A stretch of DNA of 63,899 bases, the filler included, from Gonapodya sp. JEL0774 (taxonomy: Eukaryota), in assembly GCA_027604505.1 (NCBI GenBank). It is 3 parts of 3 records of this genome, joined end to end, with 100 filler letters (N's around TTAATTAATTAA, not from the genome) between each part and the next. Parts side by side here need not be neighbours in the genome. Positions count along the whole stretch, not along the records: positions 22,699 to 45,137 come from JADIIX010000241.1; 2 more parts are not named here. One strand, written 5' to 3'. The notes below the pieces were generated by a model, which was given only the letters and a program-made list of their open reading frames with translations, was not told the DNA's origin and did not search any database. The translations under genes and the position numbers were made by a program. Shown here in pieces: positions 23,259 through 36,782 of the stretch (within the stretch, counting starts at the first letter, position 1; each line of letters opens with the position of its first letter).

Positions 23259-26200
23259 TTGGGGGATGCCTTGCTCCCAGCTGCCTTGCCCACCACACCA
23301 CACTCAGACAAGCCAGCACCACATAAACATCCTCAATCTCCACCTCCCATCCTCTCCACCGTCGCTGCGTGGTTCGCTCGACGCAACCGGCAAACTCGAA
23401 GACGGGAGCTTGCAACTGCACTTGATATTGTCCTTGCTTCCGGAGCAGTCGTCTCCATCTCGGCGATCTATGCAGTTGCCGTGGGTGGGCCCTTTGCGAT
23501 CGCTCGGATGGCGAGCAGGGGGAGTGGGGCAGGCACAGTTGGGGCCTCCGATGGGTTGGTTTCTGCTGTGGACTCTTTCACGGTGGACGGAATCTCAAAC
23601 GGATCAGCTTTATGGACAGCGGATTTGTTTCATCTCTGGGATTTTGCTGAGCATGCACCCCTATTCGCACTCCGCCGTCTCATGGAGGTTGGCAGAAGCA
23701 CTCGGGAGAGCAGCACTATTGAGATGGGTGGCTCTTTGTTGTGCGATGTCAGATTGGCAGTCACAAGGCCCGTGATGGTGCCGGGTGGCAGCGTCAGCGC
23801 TGATAGCATGTTGGAACATTCAGCCTCACCCTCGCTTGCAACCCTTATGACAACCACCACCAACCACACTATTGACTCATCATCCCTCACCGCTTCACTC
23901 GCACTGCACCTCGCCCTCACTGTTCTCGCTCGACTTGGTGAGTATGGCATTCGAAGACTCACCGACGCAATCGCTGCACGGTGGGAGCAGCGGATCAACG
24001 CCGCCAGGAGCGCCAGGAACGCGAGACATCGGAGTATTCTGAACAACACTGTCCACTCTGGTGCTGGTTCTGGTTCCGCTGCCGCTGGTAGCGACGCAAT
24101 TAACGCCAATTCAGAAGGGTCACACCAGGGACAAACCGCCGATTCCGTGACTGTCCGTCCAGTTGCTACCGCTCATGCATCACAGTCACGACACCTCAAC
24201 CCCCGAGACAATGGACCTGGAGGAGGGCAAGGAACTCAAGATGGACTGATGTTGGAGGACGAAGAGGAGGACGAGGACAGTGAGGTTTTGGTGGGGGGGG
24301 CTGTTTTTCAAACCAGTAACAACAATGACGATGATGTCGGTGCTGAATATCTTGAGGGGGAGATGTCAAGAAACGCTCACAGCCATCGTGATGTCAGTGG
24401 AAGAGAAACCAGCCAACATGCCGACGAAGTAGAAGACAGTGAACTCACCAGTCAAACCGTAACTCACGATGAAGAGGCGCCTCATGAGCAAACGCGAGAG
24501 CGGGTTCTTACGCCTCATTTGGGCAACTCTGCTCGTGACTCCGTTTCACTCGTCTCTTACACCCAAGTCCCCTTCTCTCCGATTTTTGCCGCGACCGCCA
24601 CCCCGTTTTCCATTACCGCTCGAGATCCAACAGATGGCTCTGTTCCCACCCCTGGCGCGGTAGTACTGCGAGCTCCACTGCCCATTTCTCTCGTGCATGA
24701 GGACTCACACGGGGATATGGTTGTGGCGGGTTTTCCATCTGCTGCTCGTGCTAGTGAGCCCGAGTTTTTGCATCGATCAGAGATTGTCACCTGCGTCGAA
24801 AAGATGGAGGCGGAGAATGGAGTAGACACAGAGACTGATCTTCAAGGAAAGGCTCTCGAAATGATCGAGGCAAATCCGGTGCAAGTTTCGGAGCTCGATT
24901 CACCAACGCTAACCCAGCTAGGACATGACAACTCACATTCTTCAGCAAAGATAAAGTCGGACAATTGCCCACAATCGATATCGTCCAATAGTTCTTCCGC
25001 ATCCTCACACATTACAGTTTTATCCACCCAATATCCCACCACCCTGCCAATTTCTCGACCCCGTGTCGGCGCATTCCCTTCCTCTGCACCGACCTCACCG
25101 ACACTGGCTGTTGCTTGGCCCACGCCAGCAAACTCGTCCCCCCAAGGGCACAATGTCCCATCCCACTACCCTACACAGAGCTTCGTAGGACCGAATGAAG
25201 CACTCACCCTCAACCGCTCTGTTCGATCTCAGCCGTCCATAGCACTATCTAATACTGCAGTCTTTGCGGGATCCGCCGATGGGAGCACTTCTCATGCAGC
25301 AGATCCCACTTCAGGATCACAACAGCTACATGGTTCCACCACATTCCGCCCCCCAATACCTCTCCTCGCTGCTGCACCGTTACGTCACCGCCGTGCACAC
25401 TCGGTATCATCGATTCCACTTCCATCAGTGTCTCTTCTCACTCCAGCATCACGCACCAACACCTTGTCATCAATTACTGCAGCAGGCACACGCAGCCACC
25501 TTCACTCTACACCATCTCAGTCATCAAGCACTCCATTATCACTGTCCATCCCAATATCTGCGGCTCGGTCGAGCTCAATTGTATCTCTGGCTGCTGGATC
25601 TGGAGCGGCAACCACGACTGTAATATTCCCTTCGCCACCGCCGCCCACACCTTTTCCGCCAGACGAGCTTGATCGGGGTTTGCCACCTGCACATAGAGAT
25701 GCGGCTGCGGCAATAATGGGGGTATTGAGTTTGACTCATGGCGGAAGCGCGGGCGCGCAGCACCAACAGCCACAAGTGGCCACCGAGCAGCCCGAGTCTA
25801 GGCGGAACTCTATTACGCAAACAGGCGGCACAACAGCTGCAGCCAATCTACATTCTGGCACAATACCTCACGTTTCTGCCGCACCAATGGCTGTACGAGT
25901 GTCCGATCCTCTGTTGTCGTCGCAATCACCGACCGGAAGTAGTCCCATTGGAGCTATTCCTACTGTATCGTCACCACTTCCTACCATTACCGCACTTGAC
26001 CCGACGACGTCTTCCCCCTCAGCGGTGGAGGTAGTGCAAGCCGCCGGTGCACATGCGGTCCTGGTACGGCGACGTGCTAGACGTGGTCGAAGTGGTGTGC
26101 GTCCGGGTCGTTTTTCAGGATCGGATGCGAGTGACGGAGCTGTGAGAAGGACCAAAGGAGGGATCCGGAGACTAGCAGCTGCTGTAGGTTGGGGTGTTGG

Positions 26201-27052
26201 TGTGGGGATCGAGTGGATGAGGGCCATGTCTGTGCGAGCACTGGCATACTTGCGTGAGTTGGGATGTCGGCAGTGGGGGAAGAGTCGTAGTGTTTCATTT
26301 TGTGCGCAGATGTGCTGATTACAATCAACTATGTTGACTTCGGGATAGTCTTCCTCTATCCCATCCACCGCACTGCCCACTTGCTTGCCGTCGGCATCAT
26401 CCCCGCTGGTGCGACCTTCTCAACAATACTAAATTCCTTTCACCGAATTCTTCTAGATGATTCGTCTGAGCTAGAGGTTTTGGTGGGATTGGCCGCTTGG
26501 ATCTCTGCAGCGACGATTCGAGATCTGATAACGGCCAGAAACTTAGCTGTTTACGGAAAGGTGAAGGTGTACCCCGCCGGTGCATCATACGAAATCGTAT
26601 CGCGGGTCCTTGGAAGAGAGAGACAGAAGAACGATGACGATGTTTCGGAGGAGGATGGTGTTGCATTTGACAGTGCTGATGGTGGACGATCTGGAGTTTT
26701 CAGTTCTGATGCCGCAATTGCAGTGCGGCGATGGGCAGAGCGCGGTCGGGGCGCTGCGAAGGCGCACGCGGTTCGGACGATTGGTTCTGTGCAAGCTGAT
26801 CTTGTGAATGGCCTGATGGCGGGGCTGTTGGCTGACATTGTGACATCGCCCTTGCAAACAGTATGCGCGAGGCTATTTGCAAGAGGTGCAGGTCAAGGAG
26901 TCGGGGGTATCGAGTGGGATGCTTTATACTCTCGGAATAGCGATATAGTGAGCTGGGTTGGGGAAGCCGTGGTGTTATGGGCAATAGCGGAGGTCGTTGG
27001 GGTTGTTGGTGAACGAGTTGGTGGTGCTGTCGCACATATTTTCAAAGCGTGA
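23259..27052 (+). CDS. Divergent mitochondrial-carrier-like membrane protein (SLC25A46/Ugo1-like?) with a long disordered Ser/Pro/Thr insert
   Basis: The 1019-aa ORF joins ORF 26300..27052 through intron 26254-26309. Carrier-like helix motifs: AVGGPFAIARM, FLYPIHRTAHLL, ADIVTSPLQTVCARL. Start codon uncertain. Confidence 0.45.
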
Positions 27053-27249
27053 TGTTAATTTCGAAGGGACAATCAATTTGTAAATGTATGTACACTGCAT
27101 AGGCGCGTCCGCCGAAAGGTCAAATCATAATGTGTGTCTTACAGTCTGGACAGGCTCAGGTGGGTGTTGCTTCCAAAACTCCACACAACTTCCCGTGCTT
27201 TCCTTGAATCAGCCCATCCACTCAGGCGCTCGCTCATCCGAAACTTACA

Positions 27250-29160
27250 ATGGTTGCTTCGGTTGCACGCGTGTACGCGAACGTCAATGCCGAAAAGAAT
27301 AGGGAATATTGGGATTATGACAACATGATCATTCAGTGGGGGTGAGTCCTGAATTAGCGCTATTTTTTTCAGGAGCGAGCTTTTACAAGAGACTTGGTAC
27401 CCAACTGTGTCTGGTTGATGAATCTTTACGATGTTCAGTGGACAGGACAACTACGAAATTGTCAAGAAGATTGGCCGGGGAAAGTACTCAGAAGTCTTTG
27501 AAGGCATCAACATCACCAACAACGAGAAAAGCGTCATCAAGGTGCTGAAGCCTGTCAAGAAAAAGAAGATTAAAAGGGAGATCAAGATTCTGCAGAACCT
27601 ATCTGGGGGACCGAACATAGTTCAGTTGCTGGATGTGGTCAGGGATCCCCAGGTGAGCACTTCGTTTCACGATTTAAAGTCAGGATGTGGAATGTGGTAC
27701 CGTTTGGGGCCTGATGCACTTAGTGTCTCTGGATGTCCAACGTCCTAGCATGGAAATGGAGACAGTCCACAGGCACTTGTCTTGTTCTCCGTGGGGCCAT
27801 TCGCGAACGTTATTATTTAGGTGTCAAATGAGAACAATTGCTTGGACTGGTTTTGCGATGAATTTTGCTGCAATGGAGTCGAACCTGTGGTGACGAGAGA
27901 TGAACAACAACTTTGGAATAAGTACTAGTTTAATGAGGAGCCATCGGCTCTGAGGAAAATAGCGTGCCTGGCACTTTGTGGCAACATCCAGTGCTAGATT
28001 TGCAGGTCGCGTGGAGTTTTCCCCCACAACCCTCTGTGATTCTCTTCTTTACGGATCCAATGCTTCCCTGCGTGCTTACCCAAACGGACCATCAATACCT
28101 CTCCCGTTTTTCTAGTCCAAAACCCCTGCCCTAGTTTTTGAGCACGTCAACAACACCGACTTTAAAATCTTGTACCCCAAGCTCACCGACTACGATGTCC
28201 GATACTACATATTTGAGTTACTTAAGGTGGGATGCGATGTATTCTCTCAATGCGGCTGCTACCAGCGCCTGCCTTTGAATGCTTACTTCCGAAACCGGTC
28301 CGGCTCTGCTCTCTTTCCAAGGCACTGGACTTCTGTCACTCTCGAGGAATCATGCACCGTGATGTGAAGCCCCACAATGTAATGATTGATCACGAGAAGC
28401 GCAAGGTAATTATGCTCGTGCAATTGGTGGACTTTTCCCTTGTTGAAGCGGTCAACCTGACTACCTCAATATCGATGTTCTACTCAGCTTCGTCTCATCG
28501 ATTGGGGCCTTGCCGAATTTTATCATCCCGGCACAGAGTACAACGTTCGCGTAGCTTCGCGATATTTCAAGGGGCCGGAGCTTTTGGTTGATTTCCAGGA
28601 GTACGATTATTCTCTGGATATGTGGAGTTTAGGTTGCATGTTTGCGAGTATGGTGAGTACTGGATAGATGTACTGGGGACTGACGAGGATCAGGTCAAAT
28701 GCAGTAGTGCTCGTGCTTCAGTTGTTTCGAAAAACTTTTTGACCCGGTACCCTCCTTGCTCGCAGATTTTCCGAAAGGAGCCGTTCTTCCATGGTCACGA
28801 CAACTACGATCAGTTGGTCAAGATCGCGAAGATTCTGGGCACGGACGAGCTCTTTGCGTACCTGGACAAATATGATATTGAGCTGGACCCCCACTTTGAT
28901 GATATCCTTGGTCGGTACCCTCGCAAGTCATGGCAAAAGTTTATCAACGCGGAGAACCAGCGGTACGTGAGTCCGGAGGCAATCGACTTTTTGGACAAGC
29001 TGCTTCGATATGACCACCAAGAGCGGTTGACGCCAAAGGAGGCGATGGCGCACCGTTACTTCGGTATGTTTTTGGTTGAATCTTGTGATAAGCGTTTTTC
29101 CAACCTTTTCCTCTCGTATTTTGTACAGAAATTGTGCGCCAAAAAGAGAAGGAGGGCTAA
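27250..29160 (+). CDS. CKA1: Casein kinase II catalytic subunit alpha
   Basis: ARVYANVN...[92 protein letters not shown] at 27250, TAA at 29158-29160. Confidence 0.98.
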
Positions 29161-29254
29161 CAATGGTCTTAGGAATGCTAGTACATTTGACTTTTTTTTT
29201 AGCAATATTACATTAAAGTGCATCACGGCAACCAATGGTGAAGCTCTCTTTGTC

Positions 29255-31951
29255 ATGTGTGGAATTCTCGTGGCAGCCCACGCAGTGAGCCATTTCTGAT
29301 GAATGTTACTTGTCTCACCAAGAGCAGTTTTAAAGTATGACATTCGGACGATCTTGATGGCTGCGAAATTGCGATCGTTGGCTCTAAGTCAACTTTCTCC
29401 AACAAAGACACCATTCGAAAGTTTTGGAGTCGCTTGATCACTCAAGTTTCACGAAGAGGTGTGTCCAGTGGCGATCGTGCAGGTTGCGATCTGAATCCAG
29501 TTACCAATCTCGAATTCTAGGCCCGGACTGGTATCAGGAGCGTACCGTGACAAACCCAGGGTTTTCGTGCGATCTATTTGCCTCGGTTCTGAATCTTCGA
29601 CCGGAACTCATTACTCAGCCCGTTGAGTTGGGTGAGCACAATGGTGCTGGATCGTACTTTTTGTGGAATGGGGAGATTTATGATGGGATTGAGGTGCGAT
29701 ATTAAGAATGATCAAATCCCTTGGCCCGTTTATGGAAATGAATTTCCTCACTACACATGTGGTTTCCTTTCAAGGTTGGCTCCGCAGTGAGTGACACTCG
29801 AGTGCTGGCCGACCTCATCAAAGACATCATAGTGGTCTCAGGCTCAGACCGAGAGAAAGTTCACCAAAGATTGTCAGCGCTCCTTGGAAGCATCAATGGA
29901 GAGTGGGCTTTTGCGCTGTGGCATGTAAGTTCTACATTATCATGTTTTTGGGCTTTCTCTCCAGTCAAGTTTAAGGAGGCTTCGCGGTGATAAGGCATTG
30001 GTGCTTGTTGCATCCCACTTCCCCACAACGGCTTGTTGTCATTCCAACACCTGTACAGCATATGCACATTTAACATGGCATGATCCTGTTATCGTCCCAG
30101 GGCCCTACCTCGAGTCTCTTTGTTGGCCGTGACAACCTGGGCCGCCGCTCACTCTTGTGGCACCTTCCGAACTCTGACGAATGGAGATCTCTCAATGGCT
30201 CGTTTTTCCTCTCCTCTGTGTCAGTAGTGGGATGTTCCTGGGAATCCGACAACATGGCGCTGAATCATCAGCAGCATGAATCATTACCAAAGGCTTTCTG
30301 GGAGGAGGTGCCAGTTGGAGTTCACATTGTGGAACTCGGGTGCGTCGAGGAAGAGGTGAAAGCGAAGTCAGTATCCCGTCGCGCAGCTGATATCCGTAAA
30401 TGGCCCTCCTGTTTACTTCGAGCAGAGATTGGTCGCACAAGTTCATTCGTCCACTTGGAGAACCGATCGCTTTTCGGTGCCTGCAGAATACTCTGGAGAA
30501 CCAACGTCAATTTGCCAAGTCCCTAAGGGCCTTGATATCGACAATGGTATCTCAATGGTGACTAGGACGTTCTCCCGAACTTGTAGAGGGATATACAGTT
30601 CGACTCATTTATACTCTTTCGCAGTGCGCCGACACAAAACCGACCACTACAACAATGTCCGTAACCCCCGAGGAACTTCCCATCACGCCACGACTGTCTT
30701 ACCCACCGAAGAATGTCGTGGCTTCGTTCCTCGAAGTCCTGTCTCGGTCTGTGGGCTTGAGGGTTCAATCCATTCCATCCGTTGTCGCGGATGGTCAATC
30801 AGCCAGAGTGGCCGTACTGTTTTCGGGAGGGGTTGATTGTTCGGTACTTGCATTGCTCGCGGATCGGTGTGAGTCCTGAAAGTTCGCTTTAAACCCCTAA
30901 GGAACCATCATAGACCTACAAGTTTCCTTCAGTTGTTCCTGCAGAGGAGCCTATTGATCTTATCAATGTGGCGTTTGAGAACCCACGAGCTCTCCTCGCC
31001 GTGGACAAAAAGTCACGAACCGTGATCACTTCGTCCCCCTTACTTGATTCTTCTGGATCAACTGCAGCAAGTTCTTCCACTGAAATGAAGCCCGCCGTCA
31101 CGTCGCCCAAGGACCCGATCTACATGGTTCCAGACAGGCTCACCGCTTGGGCTTCTCTTGCTGAACTTCGTCGTCTTCGGCCCACACGCCGCTGGCAACT
31201 TGTTCATGTAAACGTTCCTTTCGCAACTGCAACGATCTGGAGGCCCTTGGTAGAAGATTTAATAACACCTTTGACAAGCATCATGGACAGGGACCTGGGT
31301 GGGGTGTTTTGGTGGGGAGCGAGAGGATTGGGAGTCGTGGATGAGGATTCTGGGCAGGATGGTGTCCATACAGTCTCGCCTCAGCCTTACAGGACTCCAG
31401 CCAAGGTTTTCCTCTCGGGTCTCGGAGCAGACGAGCTTCTCGGGGGGTACTCGCGTCACAAAGCTGCATATGCATCAAGAGGGTACTCTGGTCTCTTCGA
31501 GTCTCTGAAAGTAGATCTTGATCGGCTTCCCACCCGAAATCTCGGGAGAGATGATCGTGTGGTAAGTGATTGGGCGAGAGAGGTGCGATACCCTTTTCTG
31601 GACCAGGGGGTTCTGGAGTGGTGTGCAAGGACACCTGTTTGGGAGAAGGTCGCCTTTGGTGTTGGGACTAAACTGGCTGGCAATGCAGCGAATGCCGCCG
31701 GCGGCGAATCCAAGTCGTCGCTCGCAGTGGAAGATGAATTGGTGGGTGACAAATGGGTGCTAAGAATGGGGGCTCGACATTTGGGGTTTGAACAAGTCTG
31801 GCGAGAGAGAAAAAGGGCAACCCAATTTGGATCCAGGGTTGCGGTGAGTTATGTTGGACTCATAGTCGAAACCAGTTCTAACCACAACGACTTTCAGAAA
31901 TTGTTCCCTGGAGAGCGACGCGCTAAAGGAAGCGACTCAGTCGATCATTGA
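29255..31951 (+). CDS. ASNSD1: Asparagine synthetase domain-containing protein 1 (ASNSD1/YML096W-like)
   Basis: N-terminal MCGIL, then [85 protein letters not shown]. Confidence 0.95.
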
Positions 31952-32226
31952 CAGTTGCTCAGCTGTTCGATTCTTGACTCATATACATCGCATTGACATC
32001 TTAATGTAGCTTGAATGATTGATTATAAAACAAATAGAGATGGACGACACAGCATGATACTACGGATCGGTTAAGTACCAAACTTCGTCCGAAGAAGGCG
32101 TCCTAGGGGTTTTCTCTACGACCAGATCCTTCCAATTCAGTTACCGGGAACGCTTCCTCCTCCTACCACACCGTCCTATTTAAACTTGGCGAAAACTCAA
32201 TCGCGTACTGCAAACGTCCCTCCGAA

Positions 32227-34300
32227 TCACGCTTCAATTGGCTTTCGTTGTTGATCTGAATTTGCCATCCCGTTAGGGGCAGTATTCGTAGGTCGACCGG
32301 AAGACCGCACTTAGTGAATGGTATTGAAGGGTCAGCTTCCAGCATTGCGTCAAGGAAATGAATGAATTAAAGATGAACTCACAGATCTGCTGAAGCCCTT
32401 TGCCAAAATTGGACCAGCAAATACACCCTACGATAAATGTCATGGTGACGACAAAAATGGACAAAGCACCTGGGTGAATGAGAAACAACAAAGTCATCGT
32501 CAGGGACCCCGGAACCGATTATTTTAGCAGCCGTGCTCCAGCAGCAGCTCAAAAGAGGCACAAGTCTCTCAGCTGAACGTCAAAGGGGTGAACCCACCAA
32601 AGAAAGTGAGGTACTTCCTGGTAGATTGGTATCGTGAAGATCGTTGCTCGTCCTGAGGGTTATACGTCCGCCAAATCTTGAAAATGAAGTAGGCCAAAAG
32701 GCCCACCAGGCCCACCATGAAAACGGAAAGAAGCCGACGATCTTCTTTCCGAACCTGATGGTAATAACATGGTAATGTTTGCAAAAGAACGATACTGCGC
32801 CGTCAGACGCAGCGGTTCAGCAATCTTCAGGAATTGCACACTCACTCCGTACACCGCTAATGCTGTAATGATGGCGGCGATGGGAATGAGTGCCACGGTG
32901 ATGGCGAACTCGGGATCGTCCTTTTGGAGGATAAGGGCAAGAAATTGGATCGTGAAGCTCACGGCAAAGAAGAAGTCGAACTTGAGCAGCATGAGGAAGA
33001 TTTGGTACCAGCGGTACATATCTGTCGACCCAGTCAGAAAATTGAGAAGTATGGTTTTGCGGCATATCAACGCAGGAAACCAAACAGGATCTATCAAATT
33101 CCTTCGGAAGGCCTTGACAGAAGCCGACAACCCAACTCACTCTTCATGCGTGGATCCGCTCCAATCTTCTTGTAGATTCTCCAGCCAAACTCCTGGTACA
33201 ACTTCCACGACAAAAACACGTCCACCAACTGGAACACCCCCAGAATGACTGGTATTACAACAAGAGCCGGTTTTATGGACTTCAGTGCCTCGGGGTCTGT
33301 TATCTCGGAGTAAGAGTTCGCGTCGTAATCAAACAGGCCAATCATCTGGGCATACTGAAAGATGGCGTAAAAGAATGTGGCGACATTGAACAGAATCCAC
33401 CCAATAATTTGGATAGTGTTTTTGTGGTACAGCTGTGAGAAGGGAGAGCGTTGGGAGGGGGTAGGGGTGGGGGAAACGTGTGAGGGCAGAGGGGAGAGAG
33501 GGGAGGGATCACGGGGATGGGAGCTGCGCTTTCCGATCCACCTATGAGATCCCACAGTCGTAATCATAGCGTTGTCCAAGTTCTCAAGTACTCCGATGCG
33601 TTTCTTCGTATCACATTGCAGAGTTCACATTTCCGGATGTGCAGTAACAAAATCGCGATCACGAAATGCTGCACATCTCAATCATCAACTCACAGCATCC
33701 CAGCAGAGGATTACTGCGAAGACTTGCGCCAGGCAGAATACTACGAGATACACAGGGATACCGCGAACAGGGCTAACAGAGTTGGGTGCGGGGTTGGTGC
33801 TCTTCTGGAAGTAGTACGCGATGATGGTTTCAAGGATTATGATGACAATGGCCTCAACGATACTGCAGAAGAGCGTAAGACGACCGAACACAGTTTCGGG
33901 GATCTGTTGAGGTTGGTAATCCGTGGTGCACCCATCAAGGAAGCCCCGGCACAATGACCAACACGGCGAGAAAGAAAGGAGGGTAAAGTTCGATAGGTAT
34001 TCCACGAATATGTAGTGCAATCGGATGCCATGGGTGAACATTTTCATTGGGTAGTCGACGTGCAAACGCGGACGTCAAGCGTGTGTGCGTGGTGCCATGT
34101 CCACATTGAAGTACGATGGCAAGCCCAAGTATGCGTAGAGTCAATGGCGGAATGGTCCAGAGAGTAAGTGAAGGATTGCCCAAGGATTGAGACAGGCCAG
34201 GCAAGGCCGTTTACCAACATGGTAGAATGAGAAAATCTCCAAGAATGACCGTGAAGATATACAGGAGACTCACAATGGGTGTTGGCTTTGGCGTTGCCAT
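32227..34300 (-). CDS. UPF0658-family multi-pass (Golgi) membrane protein
   Basis: KNTIQIIG, LYQEFGWRIYKKIGADPRMK, YQIFLMLLKFDFFF, RKYLTFF, CWSNFGKGL. The terminal exons are inferred from splice sites. Confidence 0.8.
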
Positions 34301-35251
34301 ACCTTTGTAAGCGAATGAAGGCTGCAGGGATGTTCTAAGAGAGGTGAGGGCCGTACGAATGCGGCGTGTCCAAACGAGTCGAGAAGGAGGGCAGTAAGGG
34401 CCGGCCCACAGGAAGCACAGTCTTTAATTGAACGATTGAAGATCTAGTAGTCCAACGGCTATGGTTCCTCGGTCCTTGGTCCGTGTCCGCCTGACAAATC
34501 CCGCGTCCCCAAGAGTCGAGCGTATTTGGATTGCGAGCCTCTGCGCGAAGACTCCACAGAGAACGACAGACAGGGGGAGCGCGATGGCGGAAAGTACTGG
34601 ATTGGGAAACCAAGCAAATGCTGAAACGCGTTTGAGGTCTCCAATTGAAGCCCCCCACCCTTGCCACAGGTGTTCCATCTTACCACAAGAGCCTCTATTG
34701 AAAAGCGCAAACCGCCGCGAGAGATCGAATTCTATTTAGGTGTTAACGTGCGGAATATCTGAATTGCGTAATATCGACATCGGGTTAATGGTGAATCACC
34801 AATGATATGATAATTCGGCAGATACTCTGAGAGCTTAGAGTGACATGTTCATGCTTGTAACTACTCGTGACTAATCAAATCTTGTTCTTTCGCGCACCAC
34901 GAGTGTGCGAGATGATGGCGATTGATCTCATGGTGACCGTGGACGCAGCTCCCCTTAGTTTCTCCTTGGGGATGGCACAACCACAAAGCTTCCTTTTTAT
35001 TTAAACACGCAATGTACTTTTAGAAGAGAAATTGGTGTCAAATGTTGTCAAGTTGCACAACACAGCGATAACCGGCAGGCCATGATGATCTGGTGTACTG
35101 AGAGCTCTGGTAAAATGGACTTGGATTATATGTACATCATCATTCTCAAAAAAAATCGGAGGATCATGGAATTTGTCTCATTTGCACATATCGCAGTTCT
35201 CTCGATCACACATGTACACATCACCCGTCTGCAACACTCACTTATAAATCG

Positions 35252-36462
35252 ATGGCCTCCCTTGCTCCCACCAGCTCGCCACACAAGCTCCCAACAGATT
35301 CGTCAACTCTCCGTGCCACTACTGCCTCTGGGGGAACCACTGAGGTCACGGTCACGGAATCTCCTTACGATCCTCGGGAACTGTCGGACGCATGCAAGGA
35401 CGATTCGTGCGGCGCAATCTCCACGTTTGAAGGCACAACTCGAAACATATTTGAGGGTGAATACTGATTGTGCTTCCAGCAAGGCTTGGAAACGACTGTG
35501 GTGGAATGACGGGACTGGAGTGGCACTGATAGGATAGGAAAAGTGAGATCTCTCTACCGAAGCACCTGATGATTAGGTATATCGTATGTGAGGTTGGAGT
35601 ATTGTCGTGATTTAGGTCGAGTGCACAACGAAACCAGATTCAGAAAACCTGTCGGGGTTGCAGTGGCTCCTAAAATGATCTGCAATCGTTGGAGCTCGGA
35701 GTCTGTCAACTCGTGGGAGAATTGAAAAAAATCAAGGACAAGGCTGTATTCCGAACTGTGAAGAGAATGCATTGAAAGGGATGGAGATTGGGGGCTTAAG
35801 CATCTACCTCTCCCCGCTAACAGCGCTCATTTTTTGTTTCTTTCCTTTGCATCCTTCAACTCCTGTACCACATTCGCTAGGCAAGCGTGTCCTCTCTCTG
35901 TTTTACGAGTCCTACATCCCTATGGCTCTCAAAGAGCTCATTCACATCTGTGCCCTCGCCCGCACCTCGTGGCCAGGCCTCCTCCACATCAGAATCGCCC
36001 ATCGCGTCGGCTCGGTCCCCGTAGGACAAGGTAGCGTGTTTGTTGTAGCGAGCAGCCCGCATAGAAGGGACGCTATCGAAGCGGTGGAGTGGATGGTGGA
36101 TGAGTTGAAGGCGACTGTGCCCATATGGAAGAGAGAGATTTACGAAGATGGGAGTGTGTGGAAGGTGAGTTGGATACAAACGGCACAGTCTGCGTCTGAA
36201 ACCCAACCGTCCTTATGTTAAACAATATCGTTCGATGATTCCACCCCTCCAACAGGCCAACACAGAGTGTGTTGGCTGCGTTGCTCGTCGACGGAGCAGG
36301 CTGCGATCTGCGGACGAGGCTGCGCAGGAGGACATTAAAACAACTGGACTATCTCATGGAGATCACGTGCACGATCACAGTCACAATGTTGGTCACGGAC
36401 TCGATAATGGAATTGGTCACGATCATAGCCATGATGACGCTGCTGAAGGAAGTGATACATAG
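35252..36462 (+). CDS. MOCS2B: Molybdopterin synthase catalytic subunit (MoaE/MOCS2B) with His-rich tail
   Basis: CGAISTFEGTTRN|..LFYESYIPMA...HRVGSVPVGQGSV..ASSPHRRDA...DELKATVPIWKREIYEDG..WK|ANTEC. Three exons. Confidence 0.93.
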
Positions 36463-36782
36463 AATATGCCCTTGGCTTATTCAGGGGTTTAAATGTTTCG
36501 GGTGCATAAGAATGACACAAGGTTCCCAGTTTCGTCCAGCAAGGTTAGAAAGGCAGTTGTAGGAGACACAAAATTTTCGGTGAGACCACAAGTAAGGAGC
36601 GTGCATTTTATTTCTCATGTAACCAGAGGATGCTTGCATGCTTATATGCATAATTTACTTTAGTATGACTGAGATGGACTAGTACATATTGCTTTTCCCA
36701 TCGAGTCCAGCTCGATAAATAAAATAGTCATAACTCGTATGTACCAAGTCGAGGGAGTACGTGAAACCTTTTCAGATCCGTT

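Noticed and set aside
22957..23421. 154-aa minus-strand ORF next to the gap
   Set aside because: It overlaps the start of the plus-strand gene and has no recognisable motif or consistent splice model.
34700..35251. Upstream MOCS2A (MoaD) cistron, as in the bicistronic animal MOCS2 locus
   Set aside because: No small ORF ending in the required C-terminal Gly-Gly was found upstream of MOCS2B.
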